A DNA stretch of 64,000 nt from Escherichia phage vB_EcoM_G2248, in the sequence record MK327932.1, one strand, 5' to 3'. Both the position numbers and the translations under genes were made by a program. Shown here piece after piece: positions 8,937 to 17,815 of this stretch. The number at the start of each line of letters is the position of its first letter. Within the stretch, counting starts at the first letter, position 1. The notes under the pieces were generated by a model that saw only the letters and a program-made list of their open reading frames with translations, did no database searches and was not told the DNA's origin.

Positions 8937-9367
8937 TATCCCTTCCTCAAATAAGTTCGCTCAATCTCTACCAGTTCGAAAAATTCATCCCAATCACACG
9001 GAAAATTGCAGTTTCCAAAATGGTCTTCATTGTAAAGCTCTTTACCGGATGGCAACTTAATATCTGTTACAGTATACCAACCGCAACAATCACAATCACC
9101 CTCAACAACAGAAACTTTCGTCGGAATTTGCATCATTGCCAGATAGGTCGGCACGTCAGACTGTTCAAAGATCATGTAACCTTCATTGTCAAACGAAACA
9201 AAATTATCATCGCCCAAAAAAGGGATATAGTGGTCATAATCGGTTACAGGTTGACCGTGCAATTCCCATTCTACAATTTTAACATTACCACTAAACTTGA
9301 TACCCATCATATCAACCATAAAATGAGTATCGTCAATGTAAATCTTACTAGGAGTTGGATAAACCAT
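8936..9367 (-). CDS. hypothetical protein
   Basis: ATG 9367 behind conserved RBS GAGGATTATATAATG. Confidence 0.5.
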   Translation of the reverse strand: MVYPTPSKIYIDDTHFMVDMMGIKFSGNVKIVEWELHGQPVTDYDHYIPFLGDDNFVSFDNEGYMIFEQSDVPTYLAMMQIPTKVSVVEGDCDCCGWYTVTDIKLPSGKELYNEDHFGNCNFPCDWDEFFELVEIERTYLRKG

Positions 9368-9377
9368 TATATAATCC

Positions 9378-9671
9378 TCATATCTCAGAGAATAGAATCT
9401 CTGTTAGCTTCACTGACTGCTCTCTGAATGTTAGCGTATACTCGAAAGGAAAGTCAACACCTAATTTCAGAAGAGAATAGCCTACCGCCTCTTTATGCTT
9501 ATCTGTTAGGGCAATCCTAACCAATTCCAGTTGAATCTCTTTAGGCGGTGAATGGATAGTAACACGGGTATCATGCAATGTCCAGTCACCATTACGAATC
9601 AAGATTAACGGTTTATCGTCATTGAAGATCACCGACCCCTTTCCGGTCGGTGAGTGTTTTATACTAATCAT
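9378..9671 (-). CDS. hypothetical protein
   Basis: Track ORF; start moved from TTG to ATG 9671. Confidence 0.45.
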   Translation of the reverse strand: MISIKHSPTGKGSVIFNDDKPLILIRNGDWTLHDTRVTIHSPPKEIQLELVRIALTDKHKEAVGYSLLKLGVDFPFEYTLTFREQSVKLTEILFSEI

Positions 9672-9885
9672 CAAATTCTAAGAAATATTCTGGAACGATA
9701 TAACCGTTAAAGTCATTGCACTTATAAAAATGTGGTGCATTTAATGCTGGATGAGCGTTTGTAAAGAGTTTACCCTCTAGAAACAGAATGTAATTAATAG
9801 GTCTAATACCTACAGAATCAGGGTCTAAACCTTTTTCTTTCAGTTCAGCCAGCGTTAAAACTCGTCCAGATCGTAACTTAGCCAT
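9664..9885 (-). CDS. hypothetical protein
   Basis: ATG 9885 with RBS AGGGGT. Confidence 0.45.
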   Translation of the reverse strand: MAKLRSGRVLTLAELKEKGLDPDSVGIRPINYILFLEGKLFTNAHPALNAPHFYKCNDFNGYIVPEYFLEFDD

Positions 9886-10171
9886 GATTTACCCCTAATT
9901 CATCAAGATTATGTCGCAGCATTTCAGAGTATTTTTCTACTTCCTTGATCTTAGTGTGGATCTCCACGATCTCATCTTCACTATCAGATAGTTTAATGGC
10001 AATTGCGAGCGTGCTTTTACCAGCTTTCATAGTCTCTTTCCGTTCAACCAATAGATCCGCGTGTTTCAATAGCAATTCTTCACGTCGAACATAAGCGACG
10101 GTCAAAGCCTCATCAGCAATTTCTAAAGCGTTTTCAGCGACACCAACAACCATTTTACGAGTAGACAGCAT
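9878..10171 (-). CDS. hypothetical protein
   Basis: ATG 10171 with RBS GAGGTGA. Confidence 0.45.
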   Translation of the reverse strand: MLSTRKMVVGVAENALEIADEALTVAYVRREELLLKHADLLVERKETMKAGKSTLAIAIKLSDSEDEIVEIHTKIKEVEKYSEMLRHNLDELGVNHG

Positions 10172-10185
10172 AAATTCACCTCACA

Positions 10186-10494
10186 TTATTTCACGTTAAC
10201 GCCGTCATCAATCCAGCCGACGCTATTTGGTTTAACAGTTTTACCATAGGATGCATACTTAATCAAGCATGGTTTAACATCATTATCAAATCTTCCTAAA
10301 CGTACTCCCAAATCAGGAATATCCATGTATGCGGCTTTATATCCCCATGTGCCATATTCAGAATCAATCTCAACCGGACGGCCTTTAAAAGCATACACTA
10401 CACCGTGACGGTCAACGATAACATAGCAATAGCCAGCCGGAAGATACACAGTTTCGCCGTAAACTTTAACTGGAGTAGCAGAAGAGATAAACAT
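10186..10494 (-). CDS. hypothetical protein
   Basis: ATG 10494 behind conserved RBS module and a PeSL-like promoter. Confidence 0.5.
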   Translation of the reverse strand: MFISSATPVKVYGETVYLPAGYCYVIVDRHGVVYAFKGRPVEIDSEYGTWGYKAAYMDIPDLGVRLGRFDNDVKPCLIKYASYGKTVKPNSVGWIDDGVNVK

Positions 10495-10520
10495 AATATA
10501 ATCCTCACATCGTTCATTTG

Positions 10521-10557
10521 ATGCGGTTATTATAGGATAACCGCATTTTCATGTCAA
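10521..10557 (-). promoter_or_regulatory. PeSL-like early promoter with palindrome GCGGTTATCCTATAATAACCGC
   Basis: TTGACA at 10557..10552; the palindrome contains the -10 TATAAT. Confidence 0.5.
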
Positions 10558-10563
10558 CAGTTT

Positions 10564-10872
10564 TTAAAAATCTTCTTCCGGTTTATATCGACCGTCATCA
10601 ACTGGTTTTGGACTGAATCCGGTATGTTTGCGCGGCTTCGCTTCCGGTTTCCCCGCAATCATCAAACCAAAACATTTCATCCCCTTATAACACATAACAA
10701 TATCAACCACGGTCCACGTTATAGGCCATACGATTGCAGCAATACAAAATGCTCCTGTATCGACCTCTTTGGTGTCCTTATCGAATCTGGCATACAAGCA
10801 GAATACTAGATACGAGATCATTGCACCAGTAAGCCAGATATAAAGCACATTAACAATATCTTGTGTTGTCAC
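10564..10872 (-). CDS. small membrane protein (2 predicted TM helices)
   Basis: Hydrophobic segments; probable GTG start at 10872 five nt after GGAGGA, right after the upstream stop. Confidence 0.4.
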   Translation of the reverse strand: MTTQDIVNVLYIWLTGAMISYLVFCLYARFDKDTKEVDTGAFCIAAIVWPITWTVVDIVMCYKGMKCFGLMIAGKPEAKPRKHTGFSPKPVDDGRYKPEEDF

Positions 10873-10882
10873 GTTATCCTCC

Positions 10883-11161
10883 TTACATGTCTTGCAGTGC
10901 ATAAAAGCATTTTTCTTCATAGTCATAGAAAATGTCAAAGTATGCTTTTTCTACATACTCACCATTGATCCAAGCGGCAGTAACAATCAGAGTGGTCCAG
11001 TTCGATCCACTCTCAACGGTAAAGGTTTTAATACCCAGCTTCGCTGCCAAGTCGAACGCAAACCGGACGCAACCACGGCAGGAAGTGATATTTGAAGTTT
11101 TGATTTTAAAGCCACCGCGAGTTTTGGTAATTTCTACTTTAGCGAAAGACAGGTTGCTCAT
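10883..11161 (-). CDS. hypothetical protein
   Basis: ATG 11161 behind RBS AAGGAGAATCAAA and a PeSL-like promoter. Confidence 0.5.
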   Translation of the reverse strand: MSNLSFAKVEITKTRGGFKIKTSNITSCRGCVRFAFDLAAKLGIKTFTVESGSNWTTLIVTAAWINGEYVEKAYFDIFYDYEEKCFYALQDM

Positions 11162-11180
11162 TTTGATTCTCCTTAAGAAA

Positions 11181-11232
11181 GTGTGTTTCGTTTTGATGTG
11201 TGTAGTATAGGGGATACGTGATCCCCTGTCAA
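11181..11232 (-). promoter_or_regulatory. PeSL-like early promoter (TTGACA, palindromic spacer GGGGATCACGTATCCCC, TATACT) plus conserved leader
   Basis: Reverse complement shows hexamers 17 nt apart with the palindrome in the spacer. Confidence 0.5.
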
Positions 11233-11240
11233 CAACTTTT

Positions 11241-11570
11241 TTATGATTTTAGTGAATTAACCACTACATCAAAATGATGTACAGAGTACACCTTATTAAA
11301 CACATATTCATCGTGTTTAGGAATAGCCCCTAATCGCTCTATTTCGCTCGCTGACACGATAAACCGTTTATCCGGTGCATTTACCTTATATGCTTCAACA
11401 ACGCACGGAAAACGCGTTTTAGCGAGTTCGGGATAGTTTTCTGACTCCATCAGGACAATGAATACCCTGTTACATTGATTGTAGAATCCTGTTTTTGATT
11501 TCATCAAGTTTTCTTCTATGTTCAAGTCGTGCAATCTTCTTTTCATGATTTCGTTGGTTCTTGTCTTCAC
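11241..11570 (-). CDS. hypothetical protein (start uncertain)
   Basis: Track ORF with GTG start; internal ATGs at 11546 and 11504 are alternatives. Confidence 0.35.
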   Translation of the reverse strand: MKTRTNEIMKRRLHDLNIEENLMKSKTGFYNQCNRVFIVLMESENYPELAKTRFPCVVEAYKVNAPDKRFIVSASEIERLGAIPKHDEYVFNKVYSVHHFDVVVNSLKS

Positions 11571-11808
11571 AGTTTACCCACTCAACAAGATCTTTACCTA
11601 ACTCGAAAGCCCATTCTCGGTCTTGCTTTACGTTTTGTAGGTATGGACTTTCTGACACTCTACGAAGTGATGTTGTCGTAACAAGAATGATCCCAGGAAT
11701 GGTCGGATGTTCCTTTCCATATACAATCGGACGGGAATCACTTTCGACACCTTGTAAGAAGGTGTATCCTGAATCATTCAGCAACAAATACATTTTCGGT
11801 TCGTTCAT
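11470..11808 (-). CDS. hypothetical protein
   Basis: ATG 11808 with RBS GAGGAA; TGATG overlap with upstream stop. Confidence 0.45.
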   Translation of the reverse strand: MNEPKMYLLLNDSGYTFLQGVESDSRPIVYGKEHPTIPGIILVTTTSLRRVSESPYLQNVKQDREWAFELGKDLVEWVNCEDKNQRNHEKKIARLEHRRKLDEIKNRILQSM

Positions 11809-12065
11809 CACAGATTCCTCAACCAGTTATTAAAGCGAGCAAAGCATGATTCTTTTCGTGCTTTTTCTGCTTTACGGGCAAATCTATCCAAGAAACACCA
11901 TTCATAATCATCATTGTAAATTCCCTCAAAGGAAGCTCCAGCTTTGCGTAATTCTTTGGTTGTTACCAAGAAACTATCATAGAAGGGAGTTCCTCTAACA
12001 ATGACCGGAAGTTTAACACCTTTCAAGAAAGAATAATCGGCATCATTAATAATTTCAATTTTCAT
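11808..12065 (-). CDS. hypothetical protein
   Basis: Track ORF, ATG start. Confidence 0.45.
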   Translation of the reverse strand: MKIEIINDADYSFLKGVKLPVIVRGTPFYDSFLVTTKELRKAGASFEGIYNDDYEWCFLDRFARKAEKARKESCFARFNNWLRNL

Positions 12066-12310
12066 TTTACATTATCTCCATAGATCTTTCCAGCAATATC
12101 AATTTCACCAGCACGAACATCTAGGATAAGATGCGGTAGGTGTATGCAGTTTTCCCACCCTACGCGCTTCATTTCTTCTACGGTAACGTAAGCCCACCCG
12201 TTAGCTGTAATAAAGTCTACTTCAACCTTGAGAGGAAAGCAAGACTTTTCTATGTCTCCGAATCCGACAATATGTTTTGTTGTTGAATATGGAATATATC
12301 CTGTGATCAT
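12062..12310 (-). CDS. hypothetical protein
   Basis: Track ORF, ATG start overlapping upstream stop. Confidence 0.45.
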   Translation of the reverse strand: MITGYIPYSTTKHIVGFGDIEKSCFPLKVEVDFITANGWAYVTVEEMKRVGWENCIHLPHLILDVRAGEIDIAGKIYGDNVK

Positions 12311-12741
12311 TTTGTGATCTCCTTATACTCAACACACCATAAGCGTGTAGCCCATGATAAACGCTCATAACGCTGGCAGAAATCGGACCATAGATATTGT
12401 GTACCGTCTTGCATAGTTGAAATATGCGTTTTCTCGCCTACTTTCACGAAAGATGTATTTGACTTCGTGATCTCGACCGGAGTATATCCGAAAGCGGGTT
12501 CCAAGTCAACATCTGAACTAAATGCCAATTTAACAGAATTTGTTTTTCTGACCGCTGTCCGGTTTCCTTCTGGGTACAGCACAGCAGGTTTAGAGCCTAA
12601 GCGGATAAACTCAGTATTTTTAATGAACAGAATATCATGATAACCGTCATATTCCGACACTTCCATAGTAACAGGAAAATCGATATGTGCTAAACCTGGT
12701 AGATCTCGCATATCATGAAATGTAGCCATCAACTTTTTCAT
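12307..12741 (-). CDS. hypothetical protein
   Basis: Start placed at ATG 12741 behind RBS GAGGAATAT. Confidence 0.45.
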   Translation of the reverse strand: MKKLMATFHDMRDLPGLAHIDFPVTMEVSEYDGYHDILFIKNTEFIRLGSKPAVLYPEGNRTAVRKTNSVKLAFSSDVDLEPAFGYTPVEITKSNTSFVKVGEKTHISTMQDGTQYLWSDFCQRYERLSWATRLWCVEYKEITK

Positions 12742-12751
12742 TCTATATTCC

Positions 12752-12949
12752 TCACTCTTCTGTTTCATTTCTTTTATATGGTACTATAACAGGATTAATA
12801 CAGCAAGCACCAATTACGTTATGAGCACCACAATTTAAGCATTTATAATCATGGAACTTATTAAGGAATCGCCCGAACTCATAACCGACTAACGCCGCGT
12901 GTACTTGAGTATCGATCTCATCCATATCAGCCAATGTTTTAACCTTCAT
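12752..12949 (-). CDS. small zinc-ribbon-like protein
   Basis: CLNCG...CC motif; ATG 12949 behind conserved RBS GAGGATTATATTATG. Confidence 0.45.
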   Translation of the reverse strand: MKVKTLADMDEIDTQVHAALVGYEFGRFLNKFHDYKCLNCGAHNVIGACCINPVIVPYKRNETEE

Positions 12950-12959
12950 AATATAATCC

Positions 12960-13250
12960 TCAAATACTGGTTTTGCGAAGATGGTCATTACATGCTTTTA
13001 ATGCATCAGTCGAGGTGTCATAGCGAGTATTATCATAGCACCAATAACCATCTGTCAACTGATAAATTAATCCATCCTTTTTAGCGTCGATGAAAGACAA
13101 TTCTTTGAAAGTTTCTACTTTCTTTGCTGATACTCCACGGTCACGGCGTTTATAGAGTTTAGCTAAAACGCGTTCAGCTTGTTCCTCTTTATCGCCAGAC
13201 AGATCCCAGATGACGTTTCTGATATGCTTGATTAATTGTTCAGTGGTCAT
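12960..13250 (-). CDS. hypothetical protein
   Basis: ATG 13250 behind RBS AAGGAGAATCAAAT and a PeSL-like promoter. Confidence 0.5.
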   Translation of the reverse strand: MTTEQLIKHIRNVIWDLSGDKEEQAERVLAKLYKRRDRGVSAKKVETFKELSFIDAKKDGLIYQLTDGYWCYDNTRYDTSTDALKACNDHLRKTSI

Positions 13251-13280
13251 ATTTGATTCTCCTTAGTTGGTATGGTTATC

Positions 13281-13308
13281 ATTATACGGGGATTTCTCCC
13301 CGTGTCAA
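13281..13308 (-). promoter_or_regulatory. PeSL-like early promoter (TTGACA, spacer hairpin CGGGGAGAAATCCCCG, TATAAT)
   Basis: Perfect hexamers 16 nt apart; spacer is the recurrent GGGGAGAAATCCCC hairpin. Confidence 0.6.
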
Positions 13309-13311
13309 CAA

Positions 13312-13533
13312 TTAAATGATCTCTGCTTCACCGTTAAGGAAGAAAGACCATGTTTTGTTAGGATAACGAAGCGCCCATGATTCAGCAGTTTTAACACCAG
13401 CTTCGAACAATTGACGGCTGGTTACTTTAGCCATACCATCTTCGATGGCAACGTTTTCAATAATCATCGGGTACTTAGCGCCACGCATGAAACCGAAGCC
13501 AGTGGAAGATTTGATAATTTTAACAGTTGCCAT
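13312..13533 (-). CDS. small hypothetical protein
   Basis: Start placed at ATG 13533 behind RBS AGGAGAATCAAAA. Confidence 0.45.
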   Translation of the reverse strand: MATVKIIKSSTGFGFMRGAKYPMIIENVAIEDGMAKVTSRQLFEAGVKTAESWALRYPNKTWSFFLNGEAEII

Positions 13534-13550
13534 TTTTGATTCTCCTAGAA

Positions 13551-13602
13551 AGTGTCGTGTTTCGATGGGTGTATTATGCAATAACACCGGATCGCTGTCA
13601 AC
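13551..13602 (-). promoter_or_regulatory. PeSL-like early promoter with conserved leader ATCGAAACACGACACTTTCTAGGAGA
   Basis: TTGACA at 13602..13597, -10 CATAAT; near-identical copies elsewhere. Confidence 0.55.
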
Positions 13603-13619
13603 ACTTTCTAAGAAAAATT

Positions 13620-13904
13620 TTAAATTAATCGAATATAACCAAGAATTTCAGCGCCTTTAGCCAGTCCTAAAACTTCCCATTCAAGGTCGCCGTAGTCATA
13701 ATTTGCAACCATCAACTGACCATTTTTCATGCAGCAATCATGAGAGAAAATTTTCCCCGTATAAACTACGATAGTAATAAACTTTCCTGATTCTGGCGGT
13801 GTGGAAGACAAAGCGACCATATGACCATTCAGCTTAGTCACCAGTGATGGAACAATAAAATTCGGGCTTACCTGAATACCGTTAAATTCGTTTGTGTCTT
13901 TCAT
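13620..13904 (-). CDS. hypothetical protein
   Basis: Track ORF, ATG start. Confidence 0.45.
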   Translation of the reverse strand: MKDTNEFNGIQVSPNFIVPSLVTKLNGHMVALSSTPPESGKFITIVVYTGKIFSHDCCMKNGQLMVANYDYGDLEWEVLGLAKGAEILGYIRLI

Positions 13905-14251
13905 GCCAGACCTCGCAAAACACTAATAGCATAATCATGCTGGTTATTCATAATATCAATTGCATTGTGATAACGAGCTAAACCATCAAGGATAAATTCT
14001 TGTTTATCCTGTTTCAGTTTTGTATCACGCGCAGCCATAAGAGCATCAAGAACAGGTCCAAAGTGATTATCTAATTCATCTTCGGTTGCAATGTTTCCTA
14101 TTGCCTCGTCGATCCGTGATTCTAATGCTTGCTTTTCGTTGATCACTTGCTGGGTATATTCCAACACATCAAGAATATCGCGGGTAACGTCGCCATGATA
14201 AGGTATTCCCGCATGAAAATGATCAATTAATCGCTGAATATCAATGTTCAT
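13901..14251 (-). CDS. hypothetical protein
   Basis: ATG 14251 with RBS GAGGAGGG. Confidence 0.5.
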   Translation of the reverse strand: MNIDIQRLIDHFHAGIPYHGDVTRDILDVLEYTQQVINEKQALESRIDEAIGNIATEDELDNHFGPVLDALMAARDTKLKQDKQEFILDGLARYHNAIDIMNNQHDYAISVLRGLA

Positions 14252-14586
14252 TTGTAACCCTCCTCTGAAAGCACATCCCAGATCGTTGCGTCAAGATGCA
14301 TTAAATTCCACATAATAGAGTCATAACTACCGAAGCCAGAAGTAAAAATTACATCACACTGGCGATATGTCTTATGAAAATCGGTGGCTGTCTCTGCATC
14401 AATCGGCATATCGTCACCGGAAAGCACCAGACATTTAAGAATCATAACTCTGTTAGCCGTTGGCGCTTGCTTAGTCTTTTCAGCATATTTTTCGATGATC
14501 CGTTTTGCCTTTTCTTCTTTGATACGTCCAGACCAAATCCGGTTTCGGTATTGATTCATAATAATTTCAATCACATCATTTTGCAT
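14248..14586 (-). CDS. hypothetical protein
   Basis: Track ORF, ATG start. Confidence 0.45.
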   Translation of the reverse strand: MQNDVIEIIMNQYRNRIWSGRIKEEKAKRIIEKYAEKTKQAPTANRVMILKCLVLSGDDMPIDAETATDFHKTYRQCDVIFTSGFGSYDSIMWNLMHLDATIWDVLSEEGYK

Positions 14587-14785
14587 TCTTCACGGTCTCC
14601 ATAATTGTTTTGTAAGCCAGCTTAAAATGATCACCGAAAAACTTTGCGGTGTTACCATTCGGATCGCGGAGCATGGTTTCTACGATCTCATCGGCAGTAA
14701 CAATTTCTCCTTTCTTTGCTGCATGTTCTACCATATACTTCAAAGTTTCTTCGGAGGCAAGTGCTGCGGCTACTGGATTAATCAT
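14576..14785 (-). CDS. hypothetical protein
   Basis: ATG 14785 downstream of a PeSL-like promoter. Confidence 0.45.
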   Translation of the reverse strand: MINPVAAALASEETLKYMVEHAAKKGEIVTADEIVETMLRDPNGNTAKFFGDHFKLAYKTIMETVKNAK

Positions 14786-14800
14786 TTTGGTTCTCCTTTG

Positions 14801-14843
14801 TTGTCGATGTGTGCATTATGCTATACCCTATTCCGGTTGTCAA
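14801..14843 (-). promoter_or_regulatory. PeSL-like early promoter
   Basis: TTGACA at 14843..14838 with -10 CATAAT. Confidence 0.5.
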
Positions 14844-14850
14844 CACCTAA

Positions 14851-14883
14851 AAACGAAAAAGCCACCCTTTCGGATGGCTTTTT
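14851..14883. terminator. bidirectional rho-independent terminator
   Basis: Hairpin GCCACCCTTTCGGATGGC flanked by an A-run and a T-run; follows the stop of the 714-aa gene. Confidence 0.6.
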
Positions 14884-14892
14884 GATTATATT

Positions 14893-17037
14893 TTATTCAC
14901 GTCCATTTGTATAGTAGTGTTTGAATCGACCGTAACCAGTTTCAATGGTCATTGTTCTTTGGTGAACAATAGCCCAATAACCGTTACAGGAATCTTGCAG
15001 ATACAAATCTTTACCTTTCATAAACTCATTAAAGATTGTTTTCTGCCAGTCATAATAGACAGAATCTTCAATCTTATCCATCCAACCGTGTGGGTCTTCA
15101 AGCAGTTCAACAAGTTCATCGATAACCCAATACGGACACGGACTAAATCGACCTTTACTAAATTCGTTGAACACAGTAACGGTTTTAGCTTCCGGTCTAG
15201 GTTCATCAGGTTCTTCCGGTCGACGATTAACCACAACCTGAACATATTTTGTATAACCGATAATTTCCCCAGAGTCCAACTCATCGTTATTGTTCTGGTC
15301 AGCAAAAGCAACGAATCTATAGACTCCAGAGTCACCTATAGTAGCATTAACTTTTGTGTATATCGGTGTTTTGGGATCGATAATCGGCAACCGAACACCA
15401 TTTTTACTAAACTCATACGTTGGAACGTATGTAGAAGGAGGATTTAATGTCGTTGCTTCTAATGTCAAAGTATCCCCTTCCATAATCTGTACAGGATGAG
15501 GTCCGTCAAATTCCATATTAGGAACAACTTCAACATTATAGGTTGCACGCCCTGCAATATCATAATCATGATGCGCACTATATGGGTCTACACTAGGACT
15601 ATCTCTATATTCATGCGCCCAAATGCCATTATGTTCACGATCCGCAGAGTCAGTAATTTTATACTCTTTAGCCTCAATTGGTAGTTCGGTCACAAAAACA
15701 TCATTTTTTGTTATAACCAAAGAACGAGTTTGAGTAAAATCGCTACTTGCGGGTGGCTCTGGATCGACGATCTTAATAACAATAGGTTCACCAACCTCAA
15801 TATTTCGATAATCGTATTCTTTGTCATAAATGTCAAGCATACGACGGTCGTAAAATAATGGCCTTCCTTTATTGAGGTCATATGCACCATCTTGATTAGA
15901 AGGGGCAACTAGTAATTGTAAAGCAACGCTATTATCATACTGCAAGTCCGATAAAGTAATTCGGTCATAACCTTCATCGCCATATTTTTTGCTTTGTAGA
16001 GTTTTACCACCCAACATCCACGTAAAATAAACATTATTATTAATCAAACTATAATGTCGATTCCACGTATTATCGGATGTTACTAATGGCATATCTAGAT
16101 TGACGGTGGACCCAGAAGGATAACGAAATTCAACGGAATTAAAATCACGATCAAAAAATTCATTGTCTTTGATTGTTACCGTGAATCTATGACGATCACC
16201 ATCAATATATGCTGTCCCTTCTCTGGTTTCACTTGCGGCCTTATATGCACGAACCAAAGCAACATAAACACCCGCATCGGTTTCTTGAGCATGTTTCGTT
16301 ACAAACAGAGTCCTGTCTGTAGATTCATAAATTAAGCTACCATCTTCTCTTTCCAGACGATAACGGACAACGGTATATTCATCATTGGCGGGAGAATCGT
16401 CTGTCACCGTAAAATAGACAGGAGCATATTTCTGTGCGTTAAAAATTTCCGCGCTTTCCTGAATGGTGGCCTCAAACGGATAAACAAATTTCACGTCACC
16501 CGCTTCATCGCTAAGTTCCATTCTATATGTGCCAGAAAATTCAGGCCATGCAAATTTTGCAATTTTAAATTCACGATGGTCTAAACCAAGATCCCCGTCA
16601 ATAGTATCAACAAGACCGTCATTATAATAAAGGTCGATAGAAATGTTTTCTGGGATATGAATACGAAAAACAATTTTAGCCTTTATTTCGTCACCAACCA
16701 CAAAGGAAGTTGGAGGATATACATATTCAACATACTGATTATCAAATAATTCAAATGTGAAATTTTCCGTGCCGATATCAACGGATTCACCAGCAAAATC
16801 ATTATCATCTTGGGCATAGCCACGAACATTAACAGACCATCCTGTTTTATCGCTTTCTTTCACAGATTTTAATTCAAAAGACGGTGTATCGGTTGTAGCA
16901 ACAACCACCCCACCTTTTTTCCAAACATAACCTTTTTTCGGTTTAGTTGGATCATCTGATTCGGCAGCAATTGAGCACGCGAACGTATGAGGAAGCCAAA
17001 TGGTTGTGTTAATGCTAGTATCTTTTACTTCTGGCAT
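14893..17037 (-). CDS. large hypothetical protein (714 aa)
   Basis: Long ORF, ATG 17037 with RBS AGGGGGA; no counterpart recognised among T4 genes. Confidence 0.6.
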   Translation of the reverse strand: MPEVKDTSINTTIWLPHTFACSIAAESDDPTKPKKGYVWKKGGVVVATTDTPSFELKSVKESDKTGWSVNVRGYAQDDNDFAGESVDIGTENFTFELFDNQYVEYVYPPTSFVVGDEIKAKIVFRIHIPENISIDLYYNDGLVDTIDGDLGLDHREFKIAKFAWPEFSGTYRMELSDEAGDVKFVYPFEATIQESAEIFNAQKYAPVYFTVTDDSPANDEYTVVRYRLEREDGSLIYESTDRTLFVTKHAQETDAGVYVALVRAYKAASETREGTAYIDGDRHRFTVTIKDNEFFDRDFNSVEFRYPSGSTVNLDMPLVTSDNTWNRHYSLINNNVYFTWMLGGKTLQSKKYGDEGYDRITLSDLQYDNSVALQLLVAPSNQDGAYDLNKGRPLFYDRRMLDIYDKEYDYRNIEVGEPIVIKIVDPEPPASSDFTQTRSLVITKNDVFVTELPIEAKEYKITDSADREHNGIWAHEYRDSPSVDPYSAHHDYDIAGRATYNVEVVPNMEFDGPHPVQIMEGDTLTLEATTLNPPSTYVPTYEFSKNGVRLPIIDPKTPIYTKVNATIGDSGVYRFVAFADQNNNDELDSGEIIGYTKYVQVVVNRRPEEPDEPRPEAKTVTVFNEFSKGRFSPCPYWVIDELVELLEDPHGWMDKIEDSVYYDWQKTIFNEFMKGKDLYLQDSCNGYWAIVHQRTMTIETGYGRFKHYYTNGRE

Positions 17038-17059
17038 GTATTCCCCCTTGTGACTGGCA

Positions 17060-17458
17060 TTAAGCCAGTCGAGTGAGTTTATAAATGGTTTTAAAGCATA
17101 GAGCTTTGATATCGTCTAAAACGCTCTGTAACGAGCTATCAACATCATTATAAATCTCACTAGCCATTTGCGTTAACTCTTGCAAATAGGCAATTTCGCT
17201 AATCTCCTTGCGGACGACCAACGTTGGTTGATAACGACCAGTGATCCCAATATTGGTTTCAGTGAAATTATCAACCAATTCTTGCATTTCAAGATAGAAC
17301 TCTTCTAGCGCCTTATGTTTTGCATAAGAACCAGGACCAGTCACCCCAAAATGCGCAGAATGCATATAAGTAACACTCATCAGACATTCACCGATAAAGC
17401 GGTCAACTTTATTAGCTTTCCCGTCTTCGGACGTCTTTCGAAAATCACTGAATTTCAT
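17060..17458 (-). CDS. hypothetical protein
   Basis: Start placed at ATG 17458 behind RBS GGAGAATC. Confidence 0.45.
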   Translation of the reverse strand: MKFSDFRKTSEDGKANKVDRFIGECLMSVTYMHSAHFGVTGPGSYAKHKALEEFYLEMQELVDNFTETNIGITGRYQPTLVVRKEISEIAYLQELTQMASEIYNDVDSSLQSVLDDIKALCFKTIYKLTRLA

Positions 17459-17747
17459 GTTCTCGATTCTCCATATTATGCAACATAACAAATTGGTTTG
17501 CGGCATATTCCCCCATAATAAAACACTGCTTAGAGTCCATACATTTACTACGAGCGTACATCTTCATAATGTGGGCATGAAATTTCTGGCTGGTTTCAAT
17601 GGAAGGAGATATTTTGTTTACATATACTATCATCGCACCGTCGAAATAATCAGTAAAGTCACCAGTTAGATCATATTGATCAGCACTGACACTTCCGACC
17701 GCTGTCAAGCATATTGCCGTTGTTAGAGTTTTACGAATAAATGACAT
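17445..17747 (-). CDS. rI-like lysis-inhibition regulator candidate (signal-anchor plus periplasmic domain)
   Basis: N-terminal hydrophobic segment; Y-x3-C-x5-C-x3-G-x2-A-x-Q pattern resembles T4 RI (from memory); lies just downstream of tk. Confidence 0.4.
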   Translation of the reverse strand: MSFIRKTLTTAICLTAVGSVSADQYDLTGDFTDYFDGAMIVYVNKISPSIETSQKFHAHIMKMYARSKCMDSKQCFIMGEYAANQFVMLHNMENREHEIQ

Positions 17748-17780
17748 GAGTCATTCCCCCAGATTGAAAATATTCAGTTA

Positions 17781-17788
17781 TATTTATA
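17781..17788 (-). promoter_or_regulatory. late promoter TATAAATA
   Basis: Exact TATAAATA on the minus strand about 33 nt upstream of ATG 17747. Confidence 0.5.
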
Positions 17789-17815
17789 ATCTGGGGCTTT
17801 ATTTATGATTAACTC

